The translations under genes were made by a program, and so were the position numbers. Source: Chthonomonadales bacterium (GTDB lineage Bacteria > Armatimonadota > Chthonomonadetes > Chthonomonadales > CAJBBX01). Taken from it: DNA of 64,000 bases. The notes under the pieces are model-generated. The model ran no database searches. It was not told where the DNA came from and saw only the letters and a list, made by a program, of their open reading frames with translations. The stretch's first letter is position 1. The number at the start of each line of letters is the position of its first letter. Shown here piece by piece: positions 47,114-56,202 of the stretch. Location of the stretch: NCBI GenBank assembly GCA_049967475.1, contig JBMFSQ010000006.1, forward strand, positions 50,430 through 114,429, written 5' to 3'.

Positions 47114-47841
47114 TTATCGGAATGGACCATATCGCTCTCTCCACAAGGAACGCCGAGGAGGACGTCGAAGCCCTCAAGCCATTAGGATATCACCTCAAGT
47201 TTCTGCAGCGCGATGTTCGCAATGCTCCTCAGAAACAGCCGTTCCTGCGGGAATTCCGTCCCGTGCACACGATAGCATACTGCCGCAACGGGCGCGGACT
47301 AGCCATCGAGCTTACGGAGCACGGCCCGCATGTGTACCCTGGCGCCTCACGGTACGGTGTCTATGCGTTTGCTGGAGCGCCCGATCTCATTCGGGGCGTG
47401 AGCCTTTCTACTGCAGATCCCGAGCGTTCCCTGCGCTTCTGGCACGATGGATTGGGCCTCGAGCCGGTGCGGGGTGAGGCGGCCCAGCCGGTGATCCCGG
47501 AACGGTTTGCGCCCTTCGTACCTGCGGCATTGTCTGCGGATCGCGTGGCCGCTGCAGGCCACCGCCTGGCGGCTTGTGCGCCCGCTCCTGCCTGGTGTAT
47601 GGAGCTGGCTTTGGTTGCGGCGGATAAGGAAGGGGAAGAGCCCATGCTGGATGATGCCGGCCTCACATGCCTTTGCCTGCTCAGCACCTCTATCGAGAGG
47701 GACTTGGCAAGGGCCGTGCGCGCCGGAGGAACGCAGGCAACGGATGTATTTCCGCTGCAGGTCAACGGCCGCCTCTTGCGGGTTGCCATGCTGCGGGGTA
47801 CGGCAGGTGAGATCGTAGAGCTCATTCAGTTTGCACGGTAG
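47110..47841 (+). CDS. VOC (glyoxalase/epimerase) family protein
   Basis: MDHIALST...IELTEH and SLRFWHDGLGL...EIVELIQ, consistent with paired beta-alpha-beta-beta-beta modules. Confidence 0.65.
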   Translation: MIIGMDHIALSTRNAEEDVEALKPLGYHLKFLQRDVRNAPQKQPFLREFRPVHTIAYCRNGRGLAIELTEHGPHVYPGASRYGVYAFAGAPDLIRGVSLSTADPERSLRFWHDGLGLEPVRGEAAQPVIPERFAPFVPAALSADRVAAAGHRLAACAPAPAWCMELALVAADKEGEEPMLDDAGLTCLCLLSTSIERDLARAVRAGGTQATDVFPLQVNGRLLRVAMLRGTAGEIVELIQFAR

Positions 47842-47889
47842 AGCCCACACGCCCCTTCTTGGGTACGGCCAGTAACGGAGGCTTCGGTT

Positions 47890-48561
47890 ATGGCACGGCG
47901 GATCGTAGACCTTACGTACCTCATCCACGAGGGGATGACGACATTCCCCACGCACTATCACCCAGTAGTAGAAATTACTCAATTGGGCCGATTTGGCATC
48001 GAAGATCGCGAAACGCGCCGCTTGACGCTCGGGACGCACACCGGCACCCATTGCGACGCGCCGCGGCACTTCATCCCGGGCGGCACCACCGTAGAAGATT
48101 TGGATCTCGAAGTTCTGGTGGGTCCGGCTGTAGTTCTCGATTTGACTTCTGCAGGGCCCTTTGGAGCTGTAGACACCGAAGATCTTCAAAGGGCATTGCG
48201 CGGGCGCAGGCCGCAACGTTTGGTGCTTAGGTTCGATTGGTCAGACCATTGGGGGAGGATGACCTATTACACCGATCATCCGTACCTCACCCAAGAGGCG
48301 TCGAGTTGGTTGGTGCGTGAAGGAGTGAGGCTGCTGGCTATGGACACGCCCATGCCGGACAATCCGAAGAATGGCCGCGGTACCCCTCTGGACTCTCCCA
48401 ACCACAAGATCCTCTTGGGCGCAGGTGTCGTCTTGGTGGAATACCTCTGCAACCTCCGGTCCCTCACACGAGATGAGGTGGACCTCATTGTGCTGCCGCT
48501 CAAGGTGAAGGAGGGCGATGGGGCACCCGTGCGGTGCGTTGCCATCGAGGAAGTGTCATGA
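47890..48561 (+). CDS. Cyclase family metal-dependent hydrolase (kynurenine formamidase-like)
   Basis: HTGTHCDAPRHF, HKILLG, VEYLCNL and DGAPVR. Confidence 0.9.
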   Translation: MARRIVDLTYLIHEGMTTFPTHYHPVVEITQLGRFGIEDRETRRLTLGTHTGTHCDAPRHFIPGGTTVEDLDLEVLVGPAVVLDLTSAGPFGAVDTEDLQRALRGRRPQRLVLRFDWSDHWGRMTYYTDHPYLTQEASSWLVREGVRLLAMDTPMPDNPKNGRGTPLDSPNHKILLGAGVVLVEYLCNLRSLTRDEVDLIVLPLKVKEGDGAPVRCVAIEEVS

Positions 48562-49250
48562 TGGAACACGATCCGGCGGAGCTTTGGACTTCTTATTATG
48601 CCAAAGCGCGGCGCGACGGCGTAGACCTCGCCTGGCCCAGCGAAACGCTGGTGCGGCTCATGAAGGGTTCCTACATACCAGGGCTGGACCGCTGCTATGA
48701 GGGCAAGCGCGTTCTGGAGGTGGGCTTCGGAAGCGGCAACAACCTCGTCTTCCTGGCGAGCCTGGGATTGGAAGTCCACGCTGTTGAGGTTACACGGCAA
48801 GTGTGTGCCCTTGCCCAGGAGCGCCTCGGTCGGTTGGGCATCACCGCCGATCTGAGGGTGGGTACGAACCGGCATCTGCCCTATCCCGACAGCTATTTCG
48901 ATGTGCTCGTGTCTTGGAATGTCATCCACTACGAGGACACATCGCGGAAGATCGAAGCTGCAATCCGAGAATACGCCCGCGTCCTCAAGCCGGGCGGGCG
49001 CTTCTTCCTCTCCACAACGGGTCCGGAGGACATGATCCTCGCTGAGGCAGAAACCGTAGATTGCCATCGTTACCGCATCGGTCGGAGTGACGACTTCCGT
49101 AAGGGGCAAGTGTTTTTCTACTTCGACGCACCCAACTGCGTAAAAAGGTTCTTCCAGCAGGCGTTCCACGAAGTGCTCGTAGGGCGCACGCGGGATCACC
49201 TCATGACGCAGACACTGGATTTCTTCGTGGTAACCGGGGTGAAACCCTAA
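48558..49250 (+). CDS. Class I SAM-dependent methyltransferase
   Basis: VLEVGFGSGNN, LPYPDSYFD and RVLKPGG. Confidence 0.9.
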   Translation: MMEHDPAELWTSYYAKARRDGVDLAWPSETLVRLMKGSYIPGLDRCYEGKRVLEVGFGSGNNLVFLASLGLEVHAVEVTRQVCALAQERLGRLGITADLRVGTNRHLPYPDSYFDVLVSWNVIHYEDTSRKIEAAIREYARVLKPGGRFFLSTTGPEDMILAEAETVDCHRYRIGRSDDFRKGQVFFYFDAPNCVKRFFQQAFHEVLVGRTRDHLMTQTLDFFVVTGVKP

Positions 49251-49264
49251 GGAGGCAAGGCAAG

Positions 49265-49555
49265 TTGGAGGGACACGCGAGGGCCCGAGCCTACGTGCTC
49301 GGCTTCTTTAGCGAACGGGGAACGATCCCTGGCGATACCGAAGAGGAGCGGATGGCGTGCGATTACATTTACGCCAATCTGGTGGACTCTATGGGAATGG
49401 TGGAGCTGATTACCGGCGCCGAGGAAGAGCTGGGAGTGGAATTGACCCAGGAAGATTTTGAGGACCCACGCTTCAAGACCGTGGGCGGCCTCATCCATGT
49501 GCTTGCTTCCAAGATGGAGCCAGGCGTACCATCGGGATTGACGGCCAATGAGTGA
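49265..49555 (+). CDS. Acyl carrier protein
   Basis: Small acidic protein with the phosphopantetheine site LVDSMGMVELI...EEELGV. AAGGAGG RBS. Confidence 0.85.
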   Translation: MEGHARARAYVLGFFSERGTIPGDTEEERMACDYIYANLVDSMGMVELITGAEEELGVELTQEDFEDPRFKTVGGLIHVLASKMEPGVPSGLTANE

Positions 49556-50909
49556 CCTTGCCTTGGCGTTGGATGTGATGGAGGCGATCCTGGGCCTCAA
49601 TATCGGCATCGCCCAGGCGCAGAATGAGGAAGCCTTTCGCCTTCTTCAATCGCTCCATCCCCTGGATCTGCTCGCCTTCCCCAGTGACAGCGAATACAAT
49701 GGATGGGTAGTGCCGCGGGATTGGGTGGTGCACAAGGCTGCCATTCGGTGCGGCGGGGAAGTCCTTTTCGACGGCAGATGCCATCCGTTGGCCGTAGCCG
49801 GGTACTCATCCTCATTCCAGGGAAGGCTGACCCGCGAGGAGCTGGCGCCGCACATCTTCACCAGGCCGGATCAGCCCGATGCATACCCGTTCCACTGCAT
49901 CTACAACTATCGGCCGTGGGTACAGCACTGGGGCTTTTGCGTGCCGCATAGGCAATACGCATCCTGGCCGGACGGCGTTTACGAGGTTGAATTGGACACA
50001 GAACGCCGCCCGGGAACGATGACCGTGGCGCAGATCCATCATGAGGGCGATTTGCCGGATACGGTGGTGTTCAATGCCCACACATGCCATCCGTGTCAGG
50101 CCAACGATGACCTGTCCGGGGTGATGGCGATTTTGCTTCTATTCCGGAAGCTTCGCGGGCGCAAGACGCGTTTGAGTTACCGGGCTGTTCTTGGCCCGGA
50201 ACATCTGGGCACGGTCTTCTACCTTCGGGATCTCCCCGAGAGCGATCTTCAGCGCCTCAAGGCGGGCGTATTCGTCGAGATGGTCGGTTCCAGCGGGCCG
50301 CTGGTTCTTCAGCAAAGCTTCCACGGCGACAGCTTCGTGGATCAGATTGCCGAACACGTCCTTCGCGAGGTGCAGCCCGATCTGCAAGTGGGCGCATTCC
50401 GCACCATAGTAGGTAATGACGAGACCGTTTGGGAAGCGCCGGGTGTCGAAATCCCCTTCATATCCATTTCGCGTTGGCCGTATCCCCAGTACCATACCAG
50501 CGCCGACAATATGGCGATCATCTCCGGGGACCGCCTGCAGGAAGCCGTGGATGTGCTCTGGGCGATGGTGGAGATATTGGAAGCGGATCGAACGATCGAG
50601 CGGCGGTTTAGGGGGCTTGTGGCGCTCTCCAACCCTGCGTACAACCTCTACATCGAGCGCCCCGATCCGGTGGTAGCAAAGCACCTTACCGAAAGAGATC
50701 TCAGGCTAGGCTCCCTCCAAGACCGGTTGCCCCGCTACTTCGACGGGAGGCATACGGTTTTTCAGATCGCCCACAAGTTCGGCGTTCCCTTCGCAGGGGA
50801 TCACGGCCTTCGCAGGTACCTCGAAAGGTTCGCCGAAAAAGGCCTCGTGCGGCTTCACCCCATTTCCACGCTGGACGTTTACTCCCGAAGTACGGAGGGC
50901 GTGCTGTGA
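49548..50909 (+). CDS. DUF4910-like M28 peptidase-fold protein
   Basis: WVVPRDW, YRPWVQHWGFC, HTCHPCQANDDLSG, GPEHLG, YPQYHTSADN and a C-terminal wHTH-like region. Confidence 0.8.
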   Translation: MSDLALALDVMEAILGLNIGIAQAQNEEAFRLLQSLHPLDLLAFPSDSEYNGWVVPRDWVVHKAAIRCGGEVLFDGRCHPLAVAGYSSSFQGRLTREELAPHIFTRPDQPDAYPFHCIYNYRPWVQHWGFCVPHRQYASWPDGVYEVELDTERRPGTMTVAQIHHEGDLPDTVVFNAHTCHPCQANDDLSGVMAILLLFRKLRGRKTRLSYRAVLGPEHLGTVFYLRDLPESDLQRLKAGVFVEMVGSSGPLVLQQSFHGDSFVDQIAEHVLREVQPDLQVGAFRTIVGNDETVWEAPGVEIPFISISRWPYPQYHTSADNMAIISGDRLQEAVDVLWAMVEILEADRTIERRFRGLVALSNPAYNLYIERPDPVVAKHLTERDLRLGSLQDRLPRYFDGRHTVFQIAHKFGVPFAGDHGLRRYLERFAEKGLVRLHPISTLDVYSRSTEGVL

Positions 50910-51787
50910 AGACCTATTCTCCCGCGGACCTCGCCCAGGCGCTGCGAAGAGTAGGCATCCCGCGAGGAGGGATCGTTCTGGTGCACAGCGCCTTGTTCAG
51001 CCTTGGCGCGATGGAGGGCGTTCCTCCAGCCCAAGTTCCTGCACAAGTGTATCGCGCCTTTCGGGAAGTGATAGGGGATGAAGGGACCCTTTGCGTGCCG
51101 GCCGCCTTCGACGATTATGCGCGCTTCGCCCTACCATACGACTGCCGCCGCAGCCCGGTGGACCGTGGGCAGGGCGCATTCAGTGAGTATGTTCGTTCGC
51201 TCCCCGGCACTGTGCGAACGTACTGCCCTATGATGGCTGTGGCGGCCAACGGACCGCTGGCTGAGGACATTTGCCATCAGTATACGGGATCAGCCTTTGG
51301 AGTAGACTCCGCGTGGGACCGCCTATACGAGCACGACGCGGGCATTTGCTTTTTGGGCGTGCGTCCGGCCTATGCTTTTACGTTCACCGGATACATCCAA
51401 GCGCGTTACGGGGTGCCACACCTCTATTCCAAGCTCTATACGACGCCCGTTTACGAGGATGGCAATCCGGTGAACCTGCCGATAACGTGCCACGTAAGGT
51501 ACCGCAATCCCGCCTTCAAGATTGCAGAGAATTGCGTTCCCTTCGAGGAACACCTCAAGGCGTGCGGGATCACACGGATGGAAGGTGTGGGGCGCGGGGC
51601 CGTATACTTTATGCCTTCTGCTCGTGCGGTATTCCGGGAAGGCGTGGAGTGCCTGAAAAAGAACCTTTTCTACTTTTGCAAGCAAGTGCCGGAATTCATT
51701 CCCGGTGAAGTCCCCATGGACGGGGCAACCGGCAAATTCGTTCCAGACGAACTGCGCCTGCGCAGTGCGGCGCCTCAGGAAGGATGA
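50906..51787 (+). CDS. AAC(3)-family N-acyltransferase
   Basis: LVHSALFSLG, GTLCVPA, GAFSEYVR, AFGVDSAWDRL and CFLG. Confidence 0.82.
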   Translation: MKTYSPADLAQALRRVGIPRGGIVLVHSALFSLGAMEGVPPAQVPAQVYRAFREVIGDEGTLCVPAAFDDYARFALPYDCRRSPVDRGQGAFSEYVRSLPGTVRTYCPMMAVAANGPLAEDICHQYTGSAFGVDSAWDRLYEHDAGICFLGVRPAYAFTFTGYIQARYGVPHLYSKLYTTPVYEDGNPVNLPITCHVRYRNPAFKIAENCVPFEEHLKACGITRMEGVGRGAVYFMPSARAVFREGVECLKKNLFYFCKQVPEFIPGEVPMDGATGKFVPDELRLRSAAPQEG

Positions 51788-53214
51788 ACAAACGCAGGTT
51801 CCTGATCGTCGTACCGTACAAGGCCAGAGATCTGGAGGGCCACGCCCTGGTGGCCTACTATCTGGAGCGCCTCTTCGGCCACGAAGTAGTGTGTACGAAC
51901 GGATACGCCATCCCCAAAAAGCTTCTGCGCTGGGCCCCTGATGTTCTAGTGTTGGATCACCTGAATTGGGACTTCAAACGTGCGGAAGCAGCAGAAGCTC
52001 ACCGGATGGGCATGCGCGTGGCAGTTCTGCCCACCGAGGGTCTCTTTTTGAACGATAGGGCAGTGGAACAGCAGGCGCAAGTTGTGGCCGCCGCATCCCA
52101 GCACGTGGATTTGTACCTGTGCTGGGGCGATCGGCTGCGCGCAGCCTTGATGCGCGTGGCGGGGATGTCCGGCAGCCAGGCAGTAACGGTGGGATGCGTG
52201 CGGAACGACTTTTTCGCCGACCCGTTCCTCGCCACGTCCTCTACCCGTGAACAATTCGCCGCCCAATGGAAACTCGATCCCGATAAGCCCATCATCTTGT
52301 GGGCCACCAACACGACGTATTATGCACGAGATCCCCGCAAGATTATTCGCCGGTATGTTCGAAAGGGCGGGCTCACGGAGGATGAAGTGCGGAGTTTTCT
52401 CGATGCGGAGGTGCAGCAATTCGAGCATGGGTGGCGCGTGGTGGAGGAACTCGCACGGCGTCATCCCGAATGGAACCTCCTCATCAAAATCCATCCAGCC
52501 GAGCAACCCCGACCCTACGTCCACCGCGCCCGGCGTGCGCCGAACATTCGCATCGCATTGAATGCGCCAATCCGGGATTTCCTTTTGCATTCCGACGTGC
52601 TGTTGCAGCGCAATTGCACCACGGCTACGGAAGCATGGATGTTCGGCAAACCCGTACTCCAGCTCGAGATAGGCGATTACGCATTTCAACCGGAGGCGCT
52701 CTACCGGGACGGCTGCCACATGGTCTATTCGACGGATGAGGCGTGCAATGCCGTGGAGGCGTACGTAGAAGGGGTGCCGATCTCACCGCAGCAGAAGCGG
52801 GCGCGCGATGAATTCCTTGCAGCTACATACTACCGTGTTGACGGTGGATCCGGTTTGCGCATCGCCCAGGCGCTTCACCGCCTCGTGTCGGCCCCTGCTT
52901 ACACAGACGAAGATCGGGCGCGTGTTCAAGACACGGTGCGCCGAGCTTACGCCGAGTGGAAGCGCCGCGAGGACGCTCGGGCAGTGAACCGCGTAAAAGA
53001 CCTGCTCCATATTTCCAGGGAAGTGTCCCTTCGCTGGTGGAAGAAACTGCCGCAGAGGGACACGTGGGGCAAGTGGGGCGGCTACGTGGCCGAACCCGAG
53101 ATCACGCGCGAGATGGTAGAGGAACTTTACGCTCGGTATGCCGAAGTGGTGCCCATAGCCCAAGCGCAGCATTGGATGGCGGCAGCCGGCGGGCAGGAGC
53201 CCAAGGATGCCTGA
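51784..53214 (+). CDS. Surface carbohydrate biosynthesis protein (GT-B-like)
   Basis: KARDLEG, LPTEG, YLCWG, GCVRND, ILWATN, IKIHPAE and NCTTATEAWMFGKP. Confidence 0.7.
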   Translation: MNKRRFLIVVPYKARDLEGHALVAYYLERLFGHEVVCTNGYAIPKKLLRWAPDVLVLDHLNWDFKRAEAAEAHRMGMRVAVLPTEGLFLNDRAVEQQAQVVAAASQHVDLYLCWGDRLRAALMRVAGMSGSQAVTVGCVRNDFFADPFLATSSTREQFAAQWKLDPDKPIILWATNTTYYARDPRKIIRRYVRKGGLTEDEVRSFLDAEVQQFEHGWRVVEELARRHPEWNLLIKIHPAEQPRPYVHRARRAPNIRIALNAPIRDFLLHSDVLLQRNCTTATEAWMFGKPVLQLEIGDYAFQPEALYRDGCHMVYSTDEACNAVEAYVEGVPISPQQKRARDEFLAATYYRVDGGSGLRIAQALHRLVSAPAYTDEDRARVQDTVRRAYAEWKRREDARAVNRVKDLLHISREVSLRWWKKLPQRDTWGKWGGYVAEPEITREMVEELYARYAEVVPIAQAQHWMAAAGGQEPKDA

Positions 53215-54697
53215 CCAGCGGGTATTGGAACGCAAGGCCGAAGCATCAGCGCAGCGGCAGGGCGCGCCGGTGGCGGGCGCCGGCGAAAGCCCCGTCCTGG
53301 TTCTGACCACGTCTTTGCTTACCGACCGCATCCTCCTGCACACGTCAGCGGTCGGCACGCTGGCGTCTCACAAACCCGTGCGCGTGTGGGCTTCCTCGGC
53401 CGTGTTGAACAACCTTTGGGAAGGCGTGCCTGCCTGCGTGGAACTCTTCCCAAAGGTGCAACCCTTCCGCGAATTCCCCTTCAATCACCTGCGGCGTGTG
53501 AACGAGGCAGCTTGGGATCACCGGCTGAAGCCGGTCAGCAGGATCAGCATGGAGCGCCACTTTGGCAAGTATCGAAAGTCGCTCTATCTGCGCTTCCTCA
53601 AGCTCATGGGGATGGGCGTGGCTTCTGCCAGGCTGGAACCGTGGTTCGAAGCACGTTTGGAACAGCTTTTGCTGCGGTATCCCCGGAGCCCGGAAGCCGC
53701 CTCCAGGTTGGCGTCGGTAAGGCCGCGTGTCGTGGTGAGCACCGGGCCCTATCAGTTCAATGAGCCTGCCGTTGTGGCGGCGGCCAAGGTGGCAGGGATC
53801 CCGGTAGTGGCTTACATTCCCTCATTTGACAATATCACCACGAAAAACCGCTTGGTACTCACTTATGACGCTTATATCGTGTGGTCCGAAGACCAGAAGC
53901 GCCAGCTCCAATCCTACTACCCTGCTGCGCAGCAGGTTCCGGTGTATGCCGTGGGGGCACCGCAATATGATGTGTTCTTCCAGCAACGCTTCATCCAAAC
54001 GCGGGCTGAGTTTTGCGCGGCGATAGGGCTTCGGAGCGATCGGCCCATCATTCTGTACGCACTCGGGTCGCCCAATCTGCTAAAAGGGGAAGCGGATGGC
54101 GCCCTCGAATTCGCCCGATGGGTGGCTCAAGGCCGTTTTGGCGACGCCCAACTCATTGTTCGACCACACCCGCTTTTCGATAACGGAGAACTCGCGCAGC
54201 GATTGGCCGGCTTCGGACCTAGGGTGGTGTTGCAGCGCCCGGTTGGGATCGAGGCCGGATGTGTGCGCTCGCACGATGCCACGGCCATCAGGGAATGGGT
54301 GAACAGCTTCCGACACGCCGATGTGGTGGTGAACCTCTCGTCTACGGTTTCCGTGGATGCGGCTCTGTGGGACCGCCCGGTAGTGAACCTGGACTACGAT
54401 CCGGCGCCGGGAGGCCCTCAAACGCCGCTCATTCGGGATATCAATCACGTGTGGTGCCATTTCAGCCCGATAACTGCCTCAAACGCAGTATGGTTGGCGA
54501 GTAATCCCGGCGAACTCGTCCAGGCCGTACACACTTATCTGGCCCATCCGGAACTCCACCGGGCAGAACGCCGCCGGATGGTGGAGCAGGTATGCGGGAA
54601 GGTGGATGGCCATGCGGCCGAGCGTTGGGCGCAAGCAATCCTCGACGCTGCCTGCGTGACGCATCCTCTAGGTTCGGGAGGCCACAGGGGCGCGTGA
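53207..54697 (+). CDS. Uncharacterised GT-B-like glycosyl/phosphotransferase, copy A
   Basis: SFDNITTK, GAPQYD, VRPHP and STVSVDAALWDRPVVN, resembling the TagF/UDP-glycosyltransferase-like fold. Confidence 0.65.
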   Translation: MPDQRVLERKAEASAQRQGAPVAGAGESPVLVLTTSLLTDRILLHTSAVGTLASHKPVRVWASSAVLNNLWEGVPACVELFPKVQPFREFPFNHLRRVNEAAWDHRLKPVSRISMERHFGKYRKSLYLRFLKLMGMGVASARLEPWFEARLEQLLLRYPRSPEAASRLASVRPRVVVSTGPYQFNEPAVVAAAKVAGIPVVAYIPSFDNITTKNRLVLTYDAYIVWSEDQKRQLQSYYPAAQQVPVYAVGAPQYDVFFQQRFIQTRAEFCAAIGLRSDRPIILYALGSPNLLKGEADGALEFARWVAQGRFGDAQLIVRPHPLFDNGELAQRLAGFGPRVVLQRPVGIEAGCVRSHDATAIREWVNSFRHADVVVNLSSTVSVDAALWDRPVVNLDYDPAPGGPQTPLIRDINHVWCHFSPITASNAVWLASNPGELVQAVHTYLAHPELHRAERRRMVEQVCGKVDGHAAERWAQAILDAACVTHPLGSGGHRGA

Positions 54698-56202
54698 TGA
54701 TGACGGCCGATCAGAAAAGAAGCAACGGTGGGCTCACGCCCGGAGACACCGACAGCGGTTTGGGAAGGGCACGTCCCAGGATCGCGGTCATCCTGCCGCG
54801 CGGCGAGGCGCTTCGCAATTTTGTGTATACCGGCGCCCTTGACGAGGTTCAGGAACATGCCGAGCTTACGCTCCTGTCGGTGTTCCCCAGCGATGGGATC
54901 CGCACCCTGCTAGAGAACAGGTTCCAAGACGTTCGCGAACTGCACTTCATCTCTGAGCGGTGGCTGCCGCGCATCCTCCGGGAAATCCTGGATATTGCCC
55001 ACAATCGCTGGCTCTGGTCCCAGGCTGCCCAGGAGCGGTGGAGGCTTCGGCAATTGGAGGCAGACACGTGGCCCAAGCGCCTTAGGTTGCACTTCAAGAG
55101 AATGGCAGCACGTCCTTTCGCGTCGCCGCAGGGATTGGAGATGCTCTCGGGTCTCGAGCGCTTTGCAAGCCGTGCCTTTCGGACTACCGAGGAATATGTG
55201 GAATTGTGGCGAGAGATACGGCCGGCGCTGGTATTCAATGCATCCCATGTGCATGCTCCCATCGCCACGCAGGCCGTACAGGCAGCGCAATGGCTGGGCA
55301 TTCCCACGGCTACGTTCATCTTCTCGTGGGACAACCTCACGTCGCAAGGGCGCGTGATCCCTCCCTACGATTACTATCTCGTATGGAGTAAGCGGATCCG
55401 CGAGCAGCTCTTGGCTATCTATAGATCCGTTCAACCGGATCGGGTGCTGGTTACCGGCACGCCTCAGTTCGATTTGCACTTCCGCCCGGATGTGCTGTGG
55501 CCGCGTGCCGACTTTTGCCGTCATGTCGGTGCGGACCCCGAACGGCCCATCCTCCTTTACAGCACCGGGATGGCCAACCATATGCCGGGCGAGCCGCAGA
55601 TTGTTGAAGGCATCGCGGATATCGCTGCCTCGCTGCCTCAGCGGCCGCAGGTAATGGTACGCGTTTATCCGAAGGACACCACCAGGCGTTTTGAGGAATT
55701 GCGCCTCAGGCGGCCGGACATCCTGTTTCCCTCGGTCCCGTGGCTGGAGGCATGGCACACGCCGCTGCCAGAGGATGGCCCTCTGTTGACCAACATGCTG
55801 TATCACTGTGCTTTGGGGATCAACGTGGCCTCAACGGTGTCCCTGGAGCTCTGCATGTTCGACAAGCCCGTCATAAACGTGGCCTATAATCCGCCGGGAG
55901 TTCCCAGGGAGGAATTGGATTACGCGCTTTATTACGAGTTTGATCATTACAAACCGGTGGCTCAAAGCGGGGCCGTGATGTTGGCTCATTCTCCTGATGA
56001 GATGCGCCGCCTGGTGCAGCATGCTCTGGAGGAACCCAAGGAGGGCTCCGATGCGCGCAGGAAGCTGTTGGATGCGATGTTCGGCAACTCCCTCGATGGG
56101 CGCTCCAGTTCGCGCATCGCACAAAGCCTTCTAAGGCTCGCAGGGGGCAGCGCCCTGTGCCTCCAGCCGCCGGTGCCGCGCGAGGCGTGCCTTGAGGGCT
56201 AA
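54697..56202 (+). CDS. Uncharacterised GT-B-like glycosyl/phosphotransferase, copy B
   Basis: SWDNLTSQ, GTPQFD, VRVYP and STVSLELCMFDKPVIN. Visibly paralogous to the preceding gene. Confidence 0.65.
   Translation: MMTADQKRSNGGLTPGDTDSGLGRARPRIAVILPRGEALRNFVYTGALDEVQEHAELTLLSVFPSDGIRTLLENRFQDVRELHFISERWLPRILREILDIAHNRWLWSQAAQERWRLRQLEADTWPKRLRLHFKRMAARPFASPQGLEMLSGLERFASRAFRTTEEYVELWREIRPALVFNASHVHAPIATQAVQAAQWLGIPTATFIFSWDNLTSQGRVIPPYDYYLVWSKRIREQLLAIYRSVQPDRVLVTGTPQFDLHFRPDVLWPRADFCRHVGADPERPILLYSTGMANHMPGEPQIVEGIADIAASLPQRPQVMVRVYPKDTTRRFEELRLRRPDILFPSVPWLEAWHTPLPEDGPLLTNMLYHCALGINVASTVSLELCMFDKPVINVAYNPPGVPREELDYALYYEFDHYKPVAQSGAVMLAHSPDEMRRLVQHALEEPKEGSDARRKLLDAMFGNSLDGRSSSRIAQSLLRLAGGSALCLQPPVPREACLEG

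Noticed and set aside
50906..51787. Aminoglycoside resistance gene aac(3)
   Set aside because: Embedded in a glycan operon next to ACP and DUF4910-like genes with no mobile context. A biosynthetic role is more plausible.
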